Source of the DNA: a virus
Taxonomy: Duplodnaviria; Caudoviricetes
Length of the DNA stretch: 64,000 nucleotides
Strand: one strand, 5' to 3'
IMG/VR virus record: IMGVR_UViG_3300037419_000894
Span: 10,242-74,241 of that record
The position numbers were made by a program, and so were the translations under genes. Shown here one piece after another: positions 46,740 to 55,806 of this stretch (position 1 is the stretch's first letter; each line of letters starts with the position of its first letter). The notes under the pieces are model-generated. The model was not told the origin of the DNA, did not search any database, and was given only the letters and a program-made list of their open reading frames with translations.

Positions 46740-47387
46740 TCAACTATTAAAAATGTCTGCTTGGTATTCGATTACTACGGGCACAACAAAGTATTCGTCC
46801 ACAGGATGCCCGCCAATGATTGCCGGGGTCTTAAGGATCTTTACATCCACACCGTCTGCACTAAACACAGCTCCGCGCTTAAACGTAGACCGGATTAGTT
46901 CAGCGCGTGTGGTCACGGCTAATGTACCAAGGCCTGTCGGATAGTTGAGCATGATCTGGAACATGCCCGTTTCCCGAATCAAACTGTTGCCGTAACTTGG
47001 GTTCTCAGGGGTAGCTGGAAGCAGATATGCGCGCTGGTAGGCAACCCCGGCAAGCGGTTTAAAGTAAGCACCCTCCCATGCGGTAAGCTTTGCGCGCGCA
47101 ACCCCGCCAGCACCCGCTGCCGTGCTTGCTATGGGGGTGTTCGTAACGGGGTGCAGCAGCGTAAAAGTGCTTGACCCCGTCACGTTCACTGTAAATGCGC
47201 CGTTCAATGCTCCAACCGAGTGACCTTGAATTTCAACAAGCAGACCGCTCTGGAGGTTGTGCGTAGCCTGTGTGGTTACAGTGACCACACTCCCGGAGGT
47301 AGAGCTCACGATCACTGCATCTGGGATGATTCCAGGCAGGCTATCGAGTGCGCTCTCCAACGCTTGTCGGATCTTTACCAGAGACAT
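46740..47387 (-). CDS. tail terminator-like protein with inserted beta domain
   Basis: IRQALE-x-x-L N terminus and TAWE...YQR-x-x-LLPATP...GMFQI C terminus flank an extra ~70 aa. Confidence 0.7.
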   Translation of the reverse strand: MSLVKIRQALESALDSLPGIIPDAVIVSSTSGSVVTVTTQATHNLQSGLLVEIQGHSVGALNGAFTVNVTGSSTFTLLHPVTNTPIASTAAGAGGVARAKLTAWEGAYFKPLAGVAYQRAYLLPATPENPSYGNSLIRETGMFQIMLNYPTGLGTLAVTTRAELIRSTFKRGAVFSADGVDVKILKTPAIIGGHPVDEYFVVPVVIEYQADIFNS

Positions 47388-47870
47388 TTATTTACCCTCG
47401 CTAGCAATGTAGTCCAGCTCTGCTTGACGGCAAATCTGAGCAAACTCCATGCGCGTTAGACCAACAATGCCTTGAGGCGGAACCTGCGTGCTGTGTAGAC
47501 CAGTCTCAAGCAAAGCGGCGTAAGGTACATTGTTCACAAAGTAGTACACATGCCCGACAGGCCACCTAGGGATTGCCTTCCTCATGCGCTCCATTGACGC
47601 ATGGCCCATCTTATCAGATCCGGGAATCTCACCAGTCGGGACTGTGTCCACTCCAAGCTGCCAGTTGTTCTTAAAGTGGCCCGGGACATACCCCTTTGGC
47701 CAGTATGGAGGATGCCACAATTCAGGATTGCCGACAACCGACCGATACACAAGCTTCCAAGAGATTTCTTCCAGCACCATTCGCGTAACTTTCTGAACGG
47801 CACCCTTACCCTTGAGCACGAAGCGGAACATGTCGTCCCGCGCTTTCATGTTAAGCTCTTTCGCGCTCAT
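47388..47870 (-). CDS. tail completion / neck protein (HK97 gp10-like)
   Basis: GHFKNNWQ, YFVNNVPYAALLE-x-G-x-S-x-Q-x-PQGIV. Confidence 0.75.
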   Translation of the reverse strand: MSAKELNMKARDDMFRFVLKGKGAVQKVTRMVLEEISWKLVYRSVVGNPELWHPPYWPKGYVPGHFKNNWQLGVDTVPTGEIPGSDKMGHASMERMRKAIPRWPVGHVYYFVNNVPYAALLETGLHSTQVPPQGIVGLTRMEFAQICRQAELDYIASEGK

Positions 47871-48253
47871 GCTCGTAGCACCAAAAGATAGAGCAGCGGG
47901 ACCGGTCCTGGCCGTTGCTCCTGAATGTTGACGATTGTGTAGGTGAGACCGTCAAGAATTACTTGATCCTGGAAGTTCGGTTTCGGACCCACTGCATCCA
48001 TATATACCCATTTTTCTGATTTTTGTGAGAGGCTATTGGGTACAAGTGTCTGGCCGAACTGTAGTGCAATGCGCAGGCCAGGCTGGTCCATTGTAACGAC
48101 ATATCGCGTGGACTCCACAGGGGCAACAGTTTCTATCATGCCTGTGGACGGATCGTAAGTTCCTGATCCTAAGGATTGCTGGCGCAATGTTGCAGCCCGT
48201 CCAAATTTTTGGATCGTTTTTGCAACGTTGGTAGCAACCCTGTTATAATCCAT
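47867..48253 (-). CDS. head-tail joining (stopper) protein
   Basis: YNRVA...IQKFG...GTYDPSTG pattern; synteny. Confidence 0.7.
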   Translation of the reverse strand: MDYNRVATNVAKTIQKFGRAATLRQQSLGSGTYDPSTGMIETVAPVESTRYVVTMDQPGLRIALQFGQTLVPNSLSQKSEKWVYMDAVGPKPNFQDQVILDGLTYTIVNIQEQRPGPVPLLYLLVLRA

Positions 48254-48781
48254 TTAAGTCCTGCTAAGCTTCATTGTAGCACCGCCAGTCCGGCCAGATA
48301 GATACGGTTTCAAAATTGCGTCAACAGCGGGGTATTGTTTTTGCCGGATGCTGTAAGGATCATATTCCGTGGTGATTGGCCCTATGGTCTCCAGCAATAC
48401 AGCCTGTGACGTGTCCTCCGTTAATTCCCCCATGCTAGCACGTAGAGCGAGCTCAATGCAAGCCCTTTTTACTTCATTGGGAACCTTGTCAAACGGGAAA
48501 TAATTGAAACCGTAGACCCACTCACCGTCTACTGTGATTTGCACATTGACTCGCGGCCAGTCAAGAGCCTGCTCGATGGTGCGCCGCGCGCCAAGCCATC
48601 TACCTCGATAATTCTGAGTCATGTAGTCCGTCGCGCGACGCAAAGCTTGTTCTTTTTCAACAACAGTTACATCACCCCAAATGGTGATGCCGCGGTTGGT
48701 GAAGTAAGTGTCGGCATCATCTACCGAAGCGTAGGACTCCGCATCGCTAATACCTTGACCAATTTCGATAGTAAGAGCCAT
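48254..48781 (-). CDS. head-tail adaptor (DnaT-like domain family)
   Basis: AESYASV-x-x-ADTYF, KEQALRRATDY, QALDWPR, VP-x-EVKRACIELA. Confidence 0.8.
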   Translation of the reverse strand: MALTIEIGQGISDAESYASVDDADTYFTNRGITIWGDVTVVEKEQALRRATDYMTQNYRGRWLGARRTIEQALDWPRVNVQITVDGEWVYGFNYFPFDKVPNEVKRACIELALRASMGELTEDTSQAVLLETIGPITTEYDPYSIRQKQYPAVDAILKPYLSGRTGGATMKLSRT

Positions 48782-48782
48782 T

Positions 48783-49616
48783 TTATTTCTCCAATGGATA
48801 TTTCTGACGCCGCCCCTTTAGCGGATAAGCTTGTTGGCGCCCGTACAGCGGGAAGTGCCTTGGTATCACAATACCACTCAGCAAGCTCACTGAGGGGCAA
48901 GAGTTCACTTGCCTACACAACGTTACAAGGATTTCATGCCGCTGCGTAACTAATCCGCCCAATGATTGATTTACTTGGCTACACGGGGAGGACAGAAGCC
49001 TATAATGTTGCGACACCGATCCTGCGCTACAGCTGTTTGCTTGGTCCACAGCTGCACCAGTTAATTGATAATGCTGTTGGACACTCCCGCTATCTGCGGA
49101 ATTGACCTGAGTGCACTCAGCGGCAGTTAACGTAGCTCTGCCTTGAGTTGGAATTGCACCTGTGGAGCTACTGTTCGTCTGGCTGCAATCGCTAGCTGTG
49201 AGTTCATGGTGCTGTATAACCACACTACCGCTTGAAGTGTGGTTATTGACATCGCTACCGCCAATGAGTTCGTGATGTTGCACTACCAGTGCAGACAAGC
49301 TCAAGTTCACCTGCGAGCTGTCCGCAGCTAGTAGTTTGTGACGCGATGCCACAACCCCAGAACCAGATGCATTCGCTTGTGAGCTATTTTCTGCGGTCAG
49401 CTCATGACGGACCCCTGTGACCACACCTACTGAAGAAGTATTGGTCTGGGTGCAATTCGCACCAATAAGTTCGTGGTGTTGTGTTACAACACCGGTAGCG
49501 CTGGAATTGACTTGAGCAGAACCAACTGCGGTCAAAGTGTGGCGGGTGACCGTTGTGCTGGTGCGCGCACCGAGGCCGAGCGATCGTAGGCCTAGCGGTA
49601 TTAGGCCGAGCGCCAT
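48783..49616 (-). CDS. virion fibre-like protein with about ten 22-aa tandem repeats
   Basis: repeat unit H-x-L-x4-5-Q-x-N-x3-4-G-x-V read directly from the translation. Confidence 0.65.
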   Translation of the reverse strand: MALGLIPLGLRSLGLGARTSTTVTRHTLTAVGSAQVNSSATGVVTQHHELIGANCTQTNTSSVGVVTGVRHELTAENSSQANASGSGVVASRHKLLAADSSQVNLSLSALVVQHHELIGGSDVNNHTSSGSVVIQHHELTASDCSQTNSSSTGAIPTQGRATLTAAECTQVNSADSGSVQQHYQLTGAAVDQANSCSAGSVSQHYRLLSSPCSQVNQSLGGLVTQRHEILVTLCRQVNSCPSVSLLSGIVIPRHFPLYGRQQAYPLKGRRQKYPLEK

Positions 49617-50156
49617 TTACACCTCCGGCCAGCCGGTTGAGTAGTCGTAAGCAACCACAGCTTCAACAGTCTCCAGTGCCATGATAGCGTCACGGTGCTT
49701 GCCGTCAGTTCCGCCAATTGCGGATTCAGCTGCTTCGAACCGAGCCGCGTTCGCGTGCACCTTAGCAACCAGAGCAGCTAGAGAGATGCCTCGTTTTGCA
49801 GCTTCATCGGACAGCATGGCGTATGGCGCACCAGCATCACCTTCACTATCATAACGGATGGCACTGTCCCGTTTAATCGACCAGCTTGCCATCTCACCCT
49901 TGCTAACAAGCTCAACGACTTTGTCGCGTAGACGCTTAGAGTGCAATAGCACCTCCCGACATTTATCCGCCTTTACGGAAGATAGGAGATCGGGGGCGGT
50001 AAAACTGTCAATAATGGCTTGCACGGCAGCAGCATCGTCCGCATACCACACATCGTTATTGCATTCAAGGGCATAGCCGGCATCAGCTATAGCCTCGCTT
50101 AATCCAGGATAGCTTCCGGGAGCTATAGTTACCTTGTGATTGTTATCGTAGATCAT
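49617..50156 (-). CDS. fibre assembly protein (DUF4376-like)
   Basis: similar layout to 34471..35013; E-x-ASW-x-x-K...EA-x-x-RG...L-x-x-KV pattern. Confidence 0.55.
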   Translation of the reverse strand: MIYDNNHKVTIAPGSYPGLSEAIADAGYALECNNDVWYADDAAAVQAIIDSFTAPDLLSSVKADKCREVLLHSKRLRDKVVELVSKGEMASWSIKRDSAIRYDSEGDAGAPYAMLSDEAAKRGISLAALVAKVHANAARFEAAESAIGGTDGKHRDAIMALETVEAVVAYDYSTGWPEV

Positions 50157-51070
50157 TTCACCATCACCAAAGGTTGTCCACCAGAGCTTCGGGTCGTAGC
50201 GCCGGACATGGTTGCAAGGCTATCAGCAGATGCTGGAGCTGCGCCATAAGTTGCATCCTTGTACAGGTACATAACATCGCGTGAGTTAGTAATACCTGCG
50301 CCCATGTTCGTCGCTGGGTTAGCAAACAGCAATTGTATTGCGGCATCAGCCTGCAGCATAAACCAGTACCAGCCACTCGGCAGGAAAAGAGGGTTTGCAG
50401 GAGTGATAGATTTAGCTCCAGTAGCAGTGTTCACAGCGATTTGCGCTGCGGATGTGAATTCCTTGATCAGGTTTCCGGGCCCGCCGTCGCTACCCCAATC
50501 GTAGACAGAAAGACGCACATTGCCGGTAGTGGCGATGGAGGTAGCGTTCACCGCAAGCGTCGTAATTGGTTTACCGAAGATAAATTCGGAAGGAATGTAC
50601 ATCCGACGACCTGCGGTTAAGGCCACCCCTCCAGAATTGGAGTCAACTATGATGCGGTTGTTAAACGGGGCGTAGCTATCAGTAATGGCGCCAGACATCA
50701 CTGGAACTGATGGGAGCGCAGGTCGCAGCGAGCCCGACTTTGCGTTCAGCATGATGTCGATGTTCGCTGCGGTGCTACCAAAGTTGAGCGGAGTTGCGCC
50801 CGTCGATAGATACGTATTACCTGAGCTCACCCAAGTGGTGTGGACCTCGTCGCGGGTGAGGACACCTGTCGACAGGTTCAAAACACCTCTACCCTCCTCA
50901 GCCTGCACAACGGAGCTCCTAGCGGAGTCCCACTCTACAATATTGTATTCAACACGACGGCTTCCGGATACCCCGAGCACATCCGTCGGCAGTGGGAGCC
51001 CTCCTGCGCGAGCTGTGGTAAGCGCTCCCGTGCCGCCCGTGCTGCTAGTGCAGCTGACGAAGTTAAACAT
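50153..51070 (-). CDS. putative virion fibre/decoration protein
   Basis: N terminus STSSTGGTGALT; C-terminal beta-sandwich-like RLSVYD...PGNLI...LPSGWYW. Confidence 0.6.
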   Translation of the reverse strand: MFNFVSCTSSTGGTGALTTARAGGLPLPTDVLGVSGSRRVEYNIVEWDSARSSVVQAEEGRGVLNLSTGVLTRDEVHTTWVSSGNTYLSTGATPLNFGSTAANIDIMLNAKSGSLRPALPSVPVMSGAITDSYAPFNNRIIVDSNSGGVALTAGRRMYIPSEFIFGKPITTLAVNATSIATTGNVRLSVYDWGSDGGPGNLIKEFTSAAQIAVNTATGAKSITPANPLFLPSGWYWFMLQADAAIQLLFANPATNMGAGITNSRDVMYLYKDATYGAAPASADSLATMSGATTRSSGGQPLVMVK

Positions 51071-51072
51071 CT

Positions 51073-51459
51073 TTACACCGGCTGCGCCGAGTTATAGGTA
51101 ACGACCGGGAAATCAACCGGATTACCCGAAGTAATCACCTGATTGGAAGTCTCGTCCGTCACCCACAACACTTTCGAGTTGACGGTGTCCAGGAACGCGA
51201 TATGCAGATCCGGTGACGCGCCCGACGTCGCTGTGGCGTTCGCACTCTTGCTTGCAGGAGTTGCCAAGCGTCGGTCATTGACGTTGTTGGTCAGGGTGTA
51301 GTCACCCGCGACTGTGGCAACGGACGCAAGCTTTGCGGCGTTGACGGTCGCGTAACTATCGCCAAAAGCATAACCTGAAATGAGGGCCATCAGGTTAGCG
51401 TTAGCCTTGATGTACGCAGGGCCGTTGTCCAGAACATCAGGGTGTGCGTATTTAGCCAT
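51073..51459 (-). CDS. putative virion structural protein
   Basis: codon bias like structural genes; position after capsid gene. Confidence 0.6.
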   Translation of the reverse strand: MAKYAHPDVLDNGPAYIKANANLMALISGYAFGDSYATVNAAKLASVATVAGDYTLTNNVNDRRLATPASKSANATATSGASPDLHIAFLDTVNSKVLWVTDETSNQVITSGNPVDFPVVTYNSAQPV

Positions 51460-51477
51460 GGTATCAACCTTAAAGGC

Positions 51478-51687
51478 TTACTTGCGCAGCCACGGAGCAG
51501 CCTGCTCTTGCACAGGCGGCGCGACCGGTTGTTCCGGGGTCGGTTGCAGCGCCACTTCTTCGTCGAACAACTCATGCTGGTCCGCGTTGAAGTCAGATTT
51601 GTTGATGACGTAAAAGCCGAGGTCGTTGCCCGGGACTTTGTCGCACTTGACGCGAACGGTTTCACAGGTGTTCATTTTGATCTCCAA
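51478..51687 (-). CDS. small head-associated protein
   Basis: GFYVINKSDF-x-x-x-x-HELF motif typical of small ORFs following P22-like coat genes. Confidence 0.6.
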   Translation of the reverse strand: MEIKMNTCETVRVKCDKVPGNDLGFYVINKSDFNADQHELFDEEVALQPTPEQPVAPPVQEQAAPWLRK

Positions 51688-51694
51688 TTGGACT

Positions 51695-51723
51695 AAAAAC
51701 CAACCCGATCGCTCGGGCTGGTT
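51695..51723 (-). terminator. Rho-independent terminator after capsid gene
   Basis: AACCAGCCCGA-GCGA-TCGGGTTGGTT hairpin followed by Ts on - strand. Confidence 0.75.
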
Positions 51724-51744
51724 CTAGATTACAAAGCGCAGTGA

Positions 51745-52908
51745 TCAGCCCAGCAGCTGAGCCGCGTGCGCCGCCTTGATGCCGCCCGTGCCCCAGGCCG
51801 CCGACACCTCGTACTGCATTTGGCGGTATTGAGCGTACATCGCTACCTCGAAGGTGATGCCCGAACGCGGATCGGTGATCAGCATGCGGTCGACCGCGGA
51901 ATCGCCACCGGACGGCAGCGCCGGGGCGCGAGTCGCCAGCAGCATCGACGACTTATGGAAGGCGATGTTGGCGGTTGCGTTGGCGCCGACGGTGACGGCG
52001 ACTGCGGATGCTGCGATTGCTTGGACCAGGCCCGGCTTGTTGAGGGTCAGGACACCGGCGCCGTCGGTGCCGAGGTCTTTAGCTGCGACGTACTTGTTCG
52101 GGTCACCCGCGAAGGTCACGACGTCGCCGGCCAGAATGGTGCCGGTGCCGGTAATCAGCGTGATGGCGCGCGATCCGACCGCATAGCCTGCGGTATTGGT
52201 CGTGTAGCTTGCAGCAGTACCCTTGGCGATCGACTTGGGCGCCAGCGACTCGTGGAAGGACAGACCGTTCAGGTCCAGCAGTTCGCCGGAGCGCAGGGTC
52301 AGCGTGGTGCCAGCCTCGTTCGCCTTGATCAGGTTCGGGATGGAACGCAGGTTGACGCCAGCGGTCGAGTTGATCACCAGTGCGCGTTCGCCGCCCGGGG
52401 CGCCATTGTCGTCCAGGATCTGGCGGATGTACGCGGAGTCGGCGATGCCAGCGCCAGCTGGGTTGAACGGGGTGGAGCCGGCGGTGCCGTAGGCCCGCGA
52501 GCAGGCGCGGCGCGCTGCCAGCCACATGTCCGTTTCCATTTCGTTGACCAGCGTGCGGATTGCTTGGGTCATCTGGTCAGCTTGGATAGCGGCCGGCGCG
52601 GTGCCGGACGAGCGCAGCGCCTGTTCTTGTTCGCCGTTCCAGCGGAACGGTACGCGGCGCGATTTGGTAATGCGGAACTCGTTGGAGTCGATGGTCTGTT
52701 CACCGTCGTCCGGCGGCAGCATGCCCGGAACAATGTCGGTGGCTTGCGACGGGTTCGTCTCGAACGAGTACAGCACTTGGCCGATTGCGGCGCGTTCAGC
52801 GTTGGTGTCCAGCGTGACACATGGGATCATGCCCACCATCTCTTGTGAGACAATGTCCAGCGAGCGGTACAGCGGGCCGATCAGGTTGGTAAGGGTATTT
52901 TGTGCCAT
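51745..52908 (-). CDS. major capsid protein (P22 coat-like family)
   Basis: N terminus NTLTNLIGPLYRSLDIVSQEMVGMIP; extreme codon bias; follows scaffold. Confidence 0.9.
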   Translation of the reverse strand: MAQNTLTNLIGPLYRSLDIVSQEMVGMIPCVTLDTNAERAAIGQVLYSFETNPSQATDIVPGMLPPDDGEQTIDSNEFRITKSRRVPFRWNGEQEQALRSSGTAPAAIQADQMTQAIRTLVNEMETDMWLAARRACSRAYGTAGSTPFNPAGAGIADSAYIRQILDDNGAPGGERALVINSTAGVNLRSIPNLIKANEAGTTLTLRSGELLDLNGLSFHESLAPKSIAKGTAASYTTNTAGYAVGSRAITLITGTGTILAGDVVTFAGDPNKYVAAKDLGTDGAGVLTLNKPGLVQAIAASAVAVTVGANATANIAFHKSSMLLATRAPALPSGGDSAVDRMLITDPRSGITFEVAMYAQYRQMQYEVSAAWGTGGIKAAHAAQLLG

Positions 52909-52921
52909 TTAAGGCTCCTTC

Positions 52922-53767
52922 TTAGTCGACGATTTGGGTGCCCGCGCTGATAACCGTAGCCTTTTCAGTCGGCTGCAGAGCATCGAACGCAGAACGTTTC
53001 ATGGTCTTCCCGTTGCCACTCGCCTCACGAGCGTTACCGGAACCGCTACCCGACGTTGCTGCCGGGAACCAGTGCGGCTTTGCTTCTTTTTGCAGCTCCA
53101 TCCATTCGGACGGACCGAACGGGGTTTTGCCGTCTTTGCCCAGCTCGGGTTGACCGTTCGGGCCGAGTTTCACAGCCCGGCCCTCGGCGTCGAGCGTGAA
53201 GATGTTGCGGGCCAGCATCAGGGCGTCTTCCACAGCACCCTTGTGCAGGCCACCGGTCACGGACAGGATCTGGTTGTCCAGGACCGCACCTTGGTACTTT
53301 TTGGCCTGTTCCTGTGCAGCCTTGATCTGCTCTTGCAGGGAGTTGACCTTCGACTCGTGGTCGTTGCGCATGCGCTGCGTGTACTTGTCGATCAGTTCGC
53401 TGGTCTTGCCCTCGGAAATCAGGCGCGCGTCTTCGTCTTGGTCCAGGCGTTGCTGGTAAGCGGTCAGCTTCTCGATGTCCAGGCCTTTCAGCTTGGCAGG
53501 GTCGAGTCCCTCGAACGCCTTAGCAGCGTCCTTGAGCGTGCGGACAGTGCCCAGCAGCTCGTCGTTTTTAGCCTTCAGGCCGGAAACCTGCGTAGCAACC
53601 GCGTCCGAGATCGCCTTTTCGAAGTCCGCCTTGCTCATGGTGACGTTGCCGTCGCCGCCATCACCACCGTCACCACCGTCACCTTCGTGGATGGACAGGA
53701 TGGTCGGTTCGTACTTCGCCGTGTAGCCTGCGTTCTTCATCAGGTTTTCGAACAGTTTGCTATGCAT
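52922..53767 (-). CDS. capsid scaffolding protein
   Basis: GLKAKNDELL coiled coil, PHWFPA-x-x-GSG; position between portal and capsid. Confidence 0.85.
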   Translation of the reverse strand: MHSKLFENLMKNAGYTAKYEPTILSIHEGDGGDGGDGGDGNVTMSKADFEKAISDAVATQVSGLKAKNDELLGTVRTLKDAAKAFEGLDPAKLKGLDIEKLTAYQQRLDQDEDARLISEGKTSELIDKYTQRMRNDHESKVNSLQEQIKAAQEQAKKYQGAVLDNQILSVTGGLHKGAVEDALMLARNIFTLDAEGRAVKLGPNGQPELGKDGKTPFGPSEWMELQKEAKPHWFPAATSGSGSGNAREASGNGKTMKRSAFDALQPTEKATVISAGTQIVD

Positions 53768-53839
53768 GATTTCCCCTCGGGATAAAGTGCGACTTAGTCG
53801 CGGTTAGTAATCCGGCCTAGCCGGGATATGATTGCCCCA

Positions 53840-53868
53840 ATTATATTAGCTCAAAACACAAAAGGCAA
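53840..53868 (-). promoter_or_regulatory. sigma70-like promoter for head genes
   Basis: TTGCCT-17 nt-TATAAT on - strand. Confidence 0.7.
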
Positions 53869-53903
53869 CGACTTTTTACGCTGCCTTTTGTGACCACACT
53901 CCA

Positions 53904-54188
53904 GTGGCGTTAGTCCGGTGCCTCCGTGAAGGTTACGTAATACTTCTTGCCAGGCTTGAGTTGTTCAACAACTTGCTCGTTGAAGATGGTCGCCTTGAAC
54001 TCAGCCATCGGCGTCCAGTAGCCAAACACTGCGTTTTCCGACTTCTGCTGGTTCTCGGTGGAACCTTCCCACACTCCGCCGAAAGATACCTGCGCACCGT
54101 TCAGGGTCAGTTCGTTGCTGATGCGCTGTGTAGCGCCCGGGTTCACGTGGTGCAGTTGCATCTTGCAAACCATGACATTTTTACTCAT
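53904..54188 (-). CDS. hypothetical protein
   Basis: AGGAG RBS; 92-94 aa; KKYYVTFTEA terminus. Confidence 0.6.
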
Positions 54189-54258
54189 TTTACTTCTCCT
54201 ATTGTGCGCCCGAAGGCGCGGTTATAGGGTTTGGTCTTGCAATCTTGCACCCTGAAAA

Positions 54259-55806
54259 TTAGTCTTTTGGTCCAGCGTTGTTACGAAGCTGGGTCTGAGT
54301 TGGTGCCCCAGTTGCGGGCGTTGCAGCAGCCTTAGGCCCCTGTTTCCTCACATTGCCCGGAGTGGTTGGTGCACCATGCCCGGCAATAGGCACAGGAGGC
54401 TTGTACGGGTGCTTTTTGATATCCTCCTGCTCCTTCTCAACGGTAGCTTCCACCGGCACGATTTCCCCTTTCTTGAGGTTCTCGAACATGGTCTCGTAAC
54501 TGTACGCGCCGTTCTGCCAACCTGCAATAATCGCGGTAAGCTTAAGCGAATCCATCGGGACAGGGAAGAAGTCGCGGTTCAGCTCGAACTTCACGTCACC
54601 TTCTGCTTCAGCATACTCGCAGAAAGTTTCCAGGCTCTTTTGCAGACCGATAGAGATGGTTTGTGCAACACTGGACAGAGTGGACTGCTCACCGCTGCGG
54701 TGGATGGCAGCAGTGTCAGCAGCTTCAACCCCCTGCACCTGCGGCTCTAGCATGCGCGCACCAAGGACGGCCATGTACTGTTCTTTTTTGTTTAGGTTCT
54801 CGCGCAGCTCCGACAAACCTTGGCCCGTGAACTCCAGATAAGTCGCCTTTGCATCTGGTCGCGGGAACAGCCATGCGGTCATGCTACCAATGCAGAACTT
54901 TTCGTCTTTGGACGGGTCGGCAACGTAACCGCTGATAACTGGTGTGGGCAAGCCTGTGAAGTGGCAACCGTGCTCGTAATCTGCGACCACACGATAATGT
55001 GCGAGGTTGACGTCGACAAGGTCGATCAGCGGCGGCTCGTCGATCTCCCAGCTAGTGTCGTCTACTCCCATGAACTGGAATGGGATGTAGTCCAGGCGCT
55101 TGCCGTTAATGGTTGGGCGATTAACGCTATCAACTACGTCTTTGCCGTCCTTGTCGACGTGCATAATCCGAACACGGTAAAGCTGTTGTTCTTCGCCTGT
55201 TCCCTCGTTGACCACACTCTCAAGGTCAAGAACACGATACTGCGTCGTACCCTTGTTTTCGAACTCGTCGACCGCAACGTCCTTGACTTCTTTCAGCACT
55301 ACCATGGAGAGACTGGTCACGTTATCGATGGTCCGGGTCTTCCAGTTAATGATGGACTTAGCGGTGTACATCTTCATCGACGGACGCAGCTTCTTGCGTT
55401 TAGCATCGGCAAGCGTCAGGCCGTCCGGGACTTCCGGATAATCCACGAACACACCCGTGCGGCCAAGCTTGAGGCACTCCTCGGCAACCTTAAGCGAGAA
55501 CATGTGCAGGGAGGTGCCTGCAAGGTCGATGTTTTTCAGCATATCTTCAACAGGCGCAGGCACCTTGACTGTAACAGGCTTGCGGAAGATCATGCCTTGC
55601 AGGCCGCTAATGGTGCGCCACGTTGCATTATAGAACGTTGCTCGATTCTTGTACGCCTTGTATTCCGCAGGATCCTGCTCCGACAGCTTGGGCAAATAGA
55701 TCTCGCCCGCAGCGTGGACAGCAGCTTGACCCTTGCATACATCGATGCAGCGGTCCCACTTGTCGCTCATGTCCTTATAATCCGGATGTTCGTAGCTAAC
55801 AGGCAT
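54259..55806 (-). CDS. portal protein (DUF4055 type)
   Basis: YLPK...Y-x-x-Y-x-x-RA-x-FYN-x-T-x-RT, GRTGVFVDYP, PPLIDL-x-x-VNLAHY; follows terminase. Confidence 0.88.
   Translation of the reverse strand: MPVSYEHPDYKDMSDKWDRCIDVCKGQAAVHAAGEIYLPKLSEQDPAEYKAYKNRATFYNATWRTISGLQGMIFRKPVTVKVPAPVEDMLKNIDLAGTSLHMFSLKVAEECLKLGRTGVFVDYPEVPDGLTLADAKRKKLRPSMKMYTAKSIINWKTRTIDNVTSLSMVVLKEVKDVAVDEFENKGTTQYRVLDLESVVNEGTGEEQQLYRVRIMHVDKDGKDVVDSVNRPTINGKRLDYIPFQFMGVDDTSWEIDEPPLIDLVDVNLAHYRVVADYEHGCHFTGLPTPVISGYVADPSKDEKFCIGSMTAWLFPRPDAKATYLEFTGQGLSELRENLNKKEQYMAVLGARMLEPQVQGVEAADTAAIHRSGEQSTLSSVAQTISIGLQKSLETFCEYAEAEGDVKFELNRDFFPVPMDSLKLTAIIAGWQNGAYSYETMFENLKKGEIVPVEATVEKEQEDIKKHPYKPPVPIAGHGAPTTPGNVRKQGPKAAATPATGAPTQTQLRNNAGPKD

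Noticed and set aside
51766-52848. Long + strand ORF (360 aa) opposite the capsid gene; similar antisense ORFs at 15931..16818, 22324..23007, 52934..53785 and 54820..55836
   Set aside because: Shadow frames produced by strong codon bias in the real genes; no RBS or recognisable motifs.
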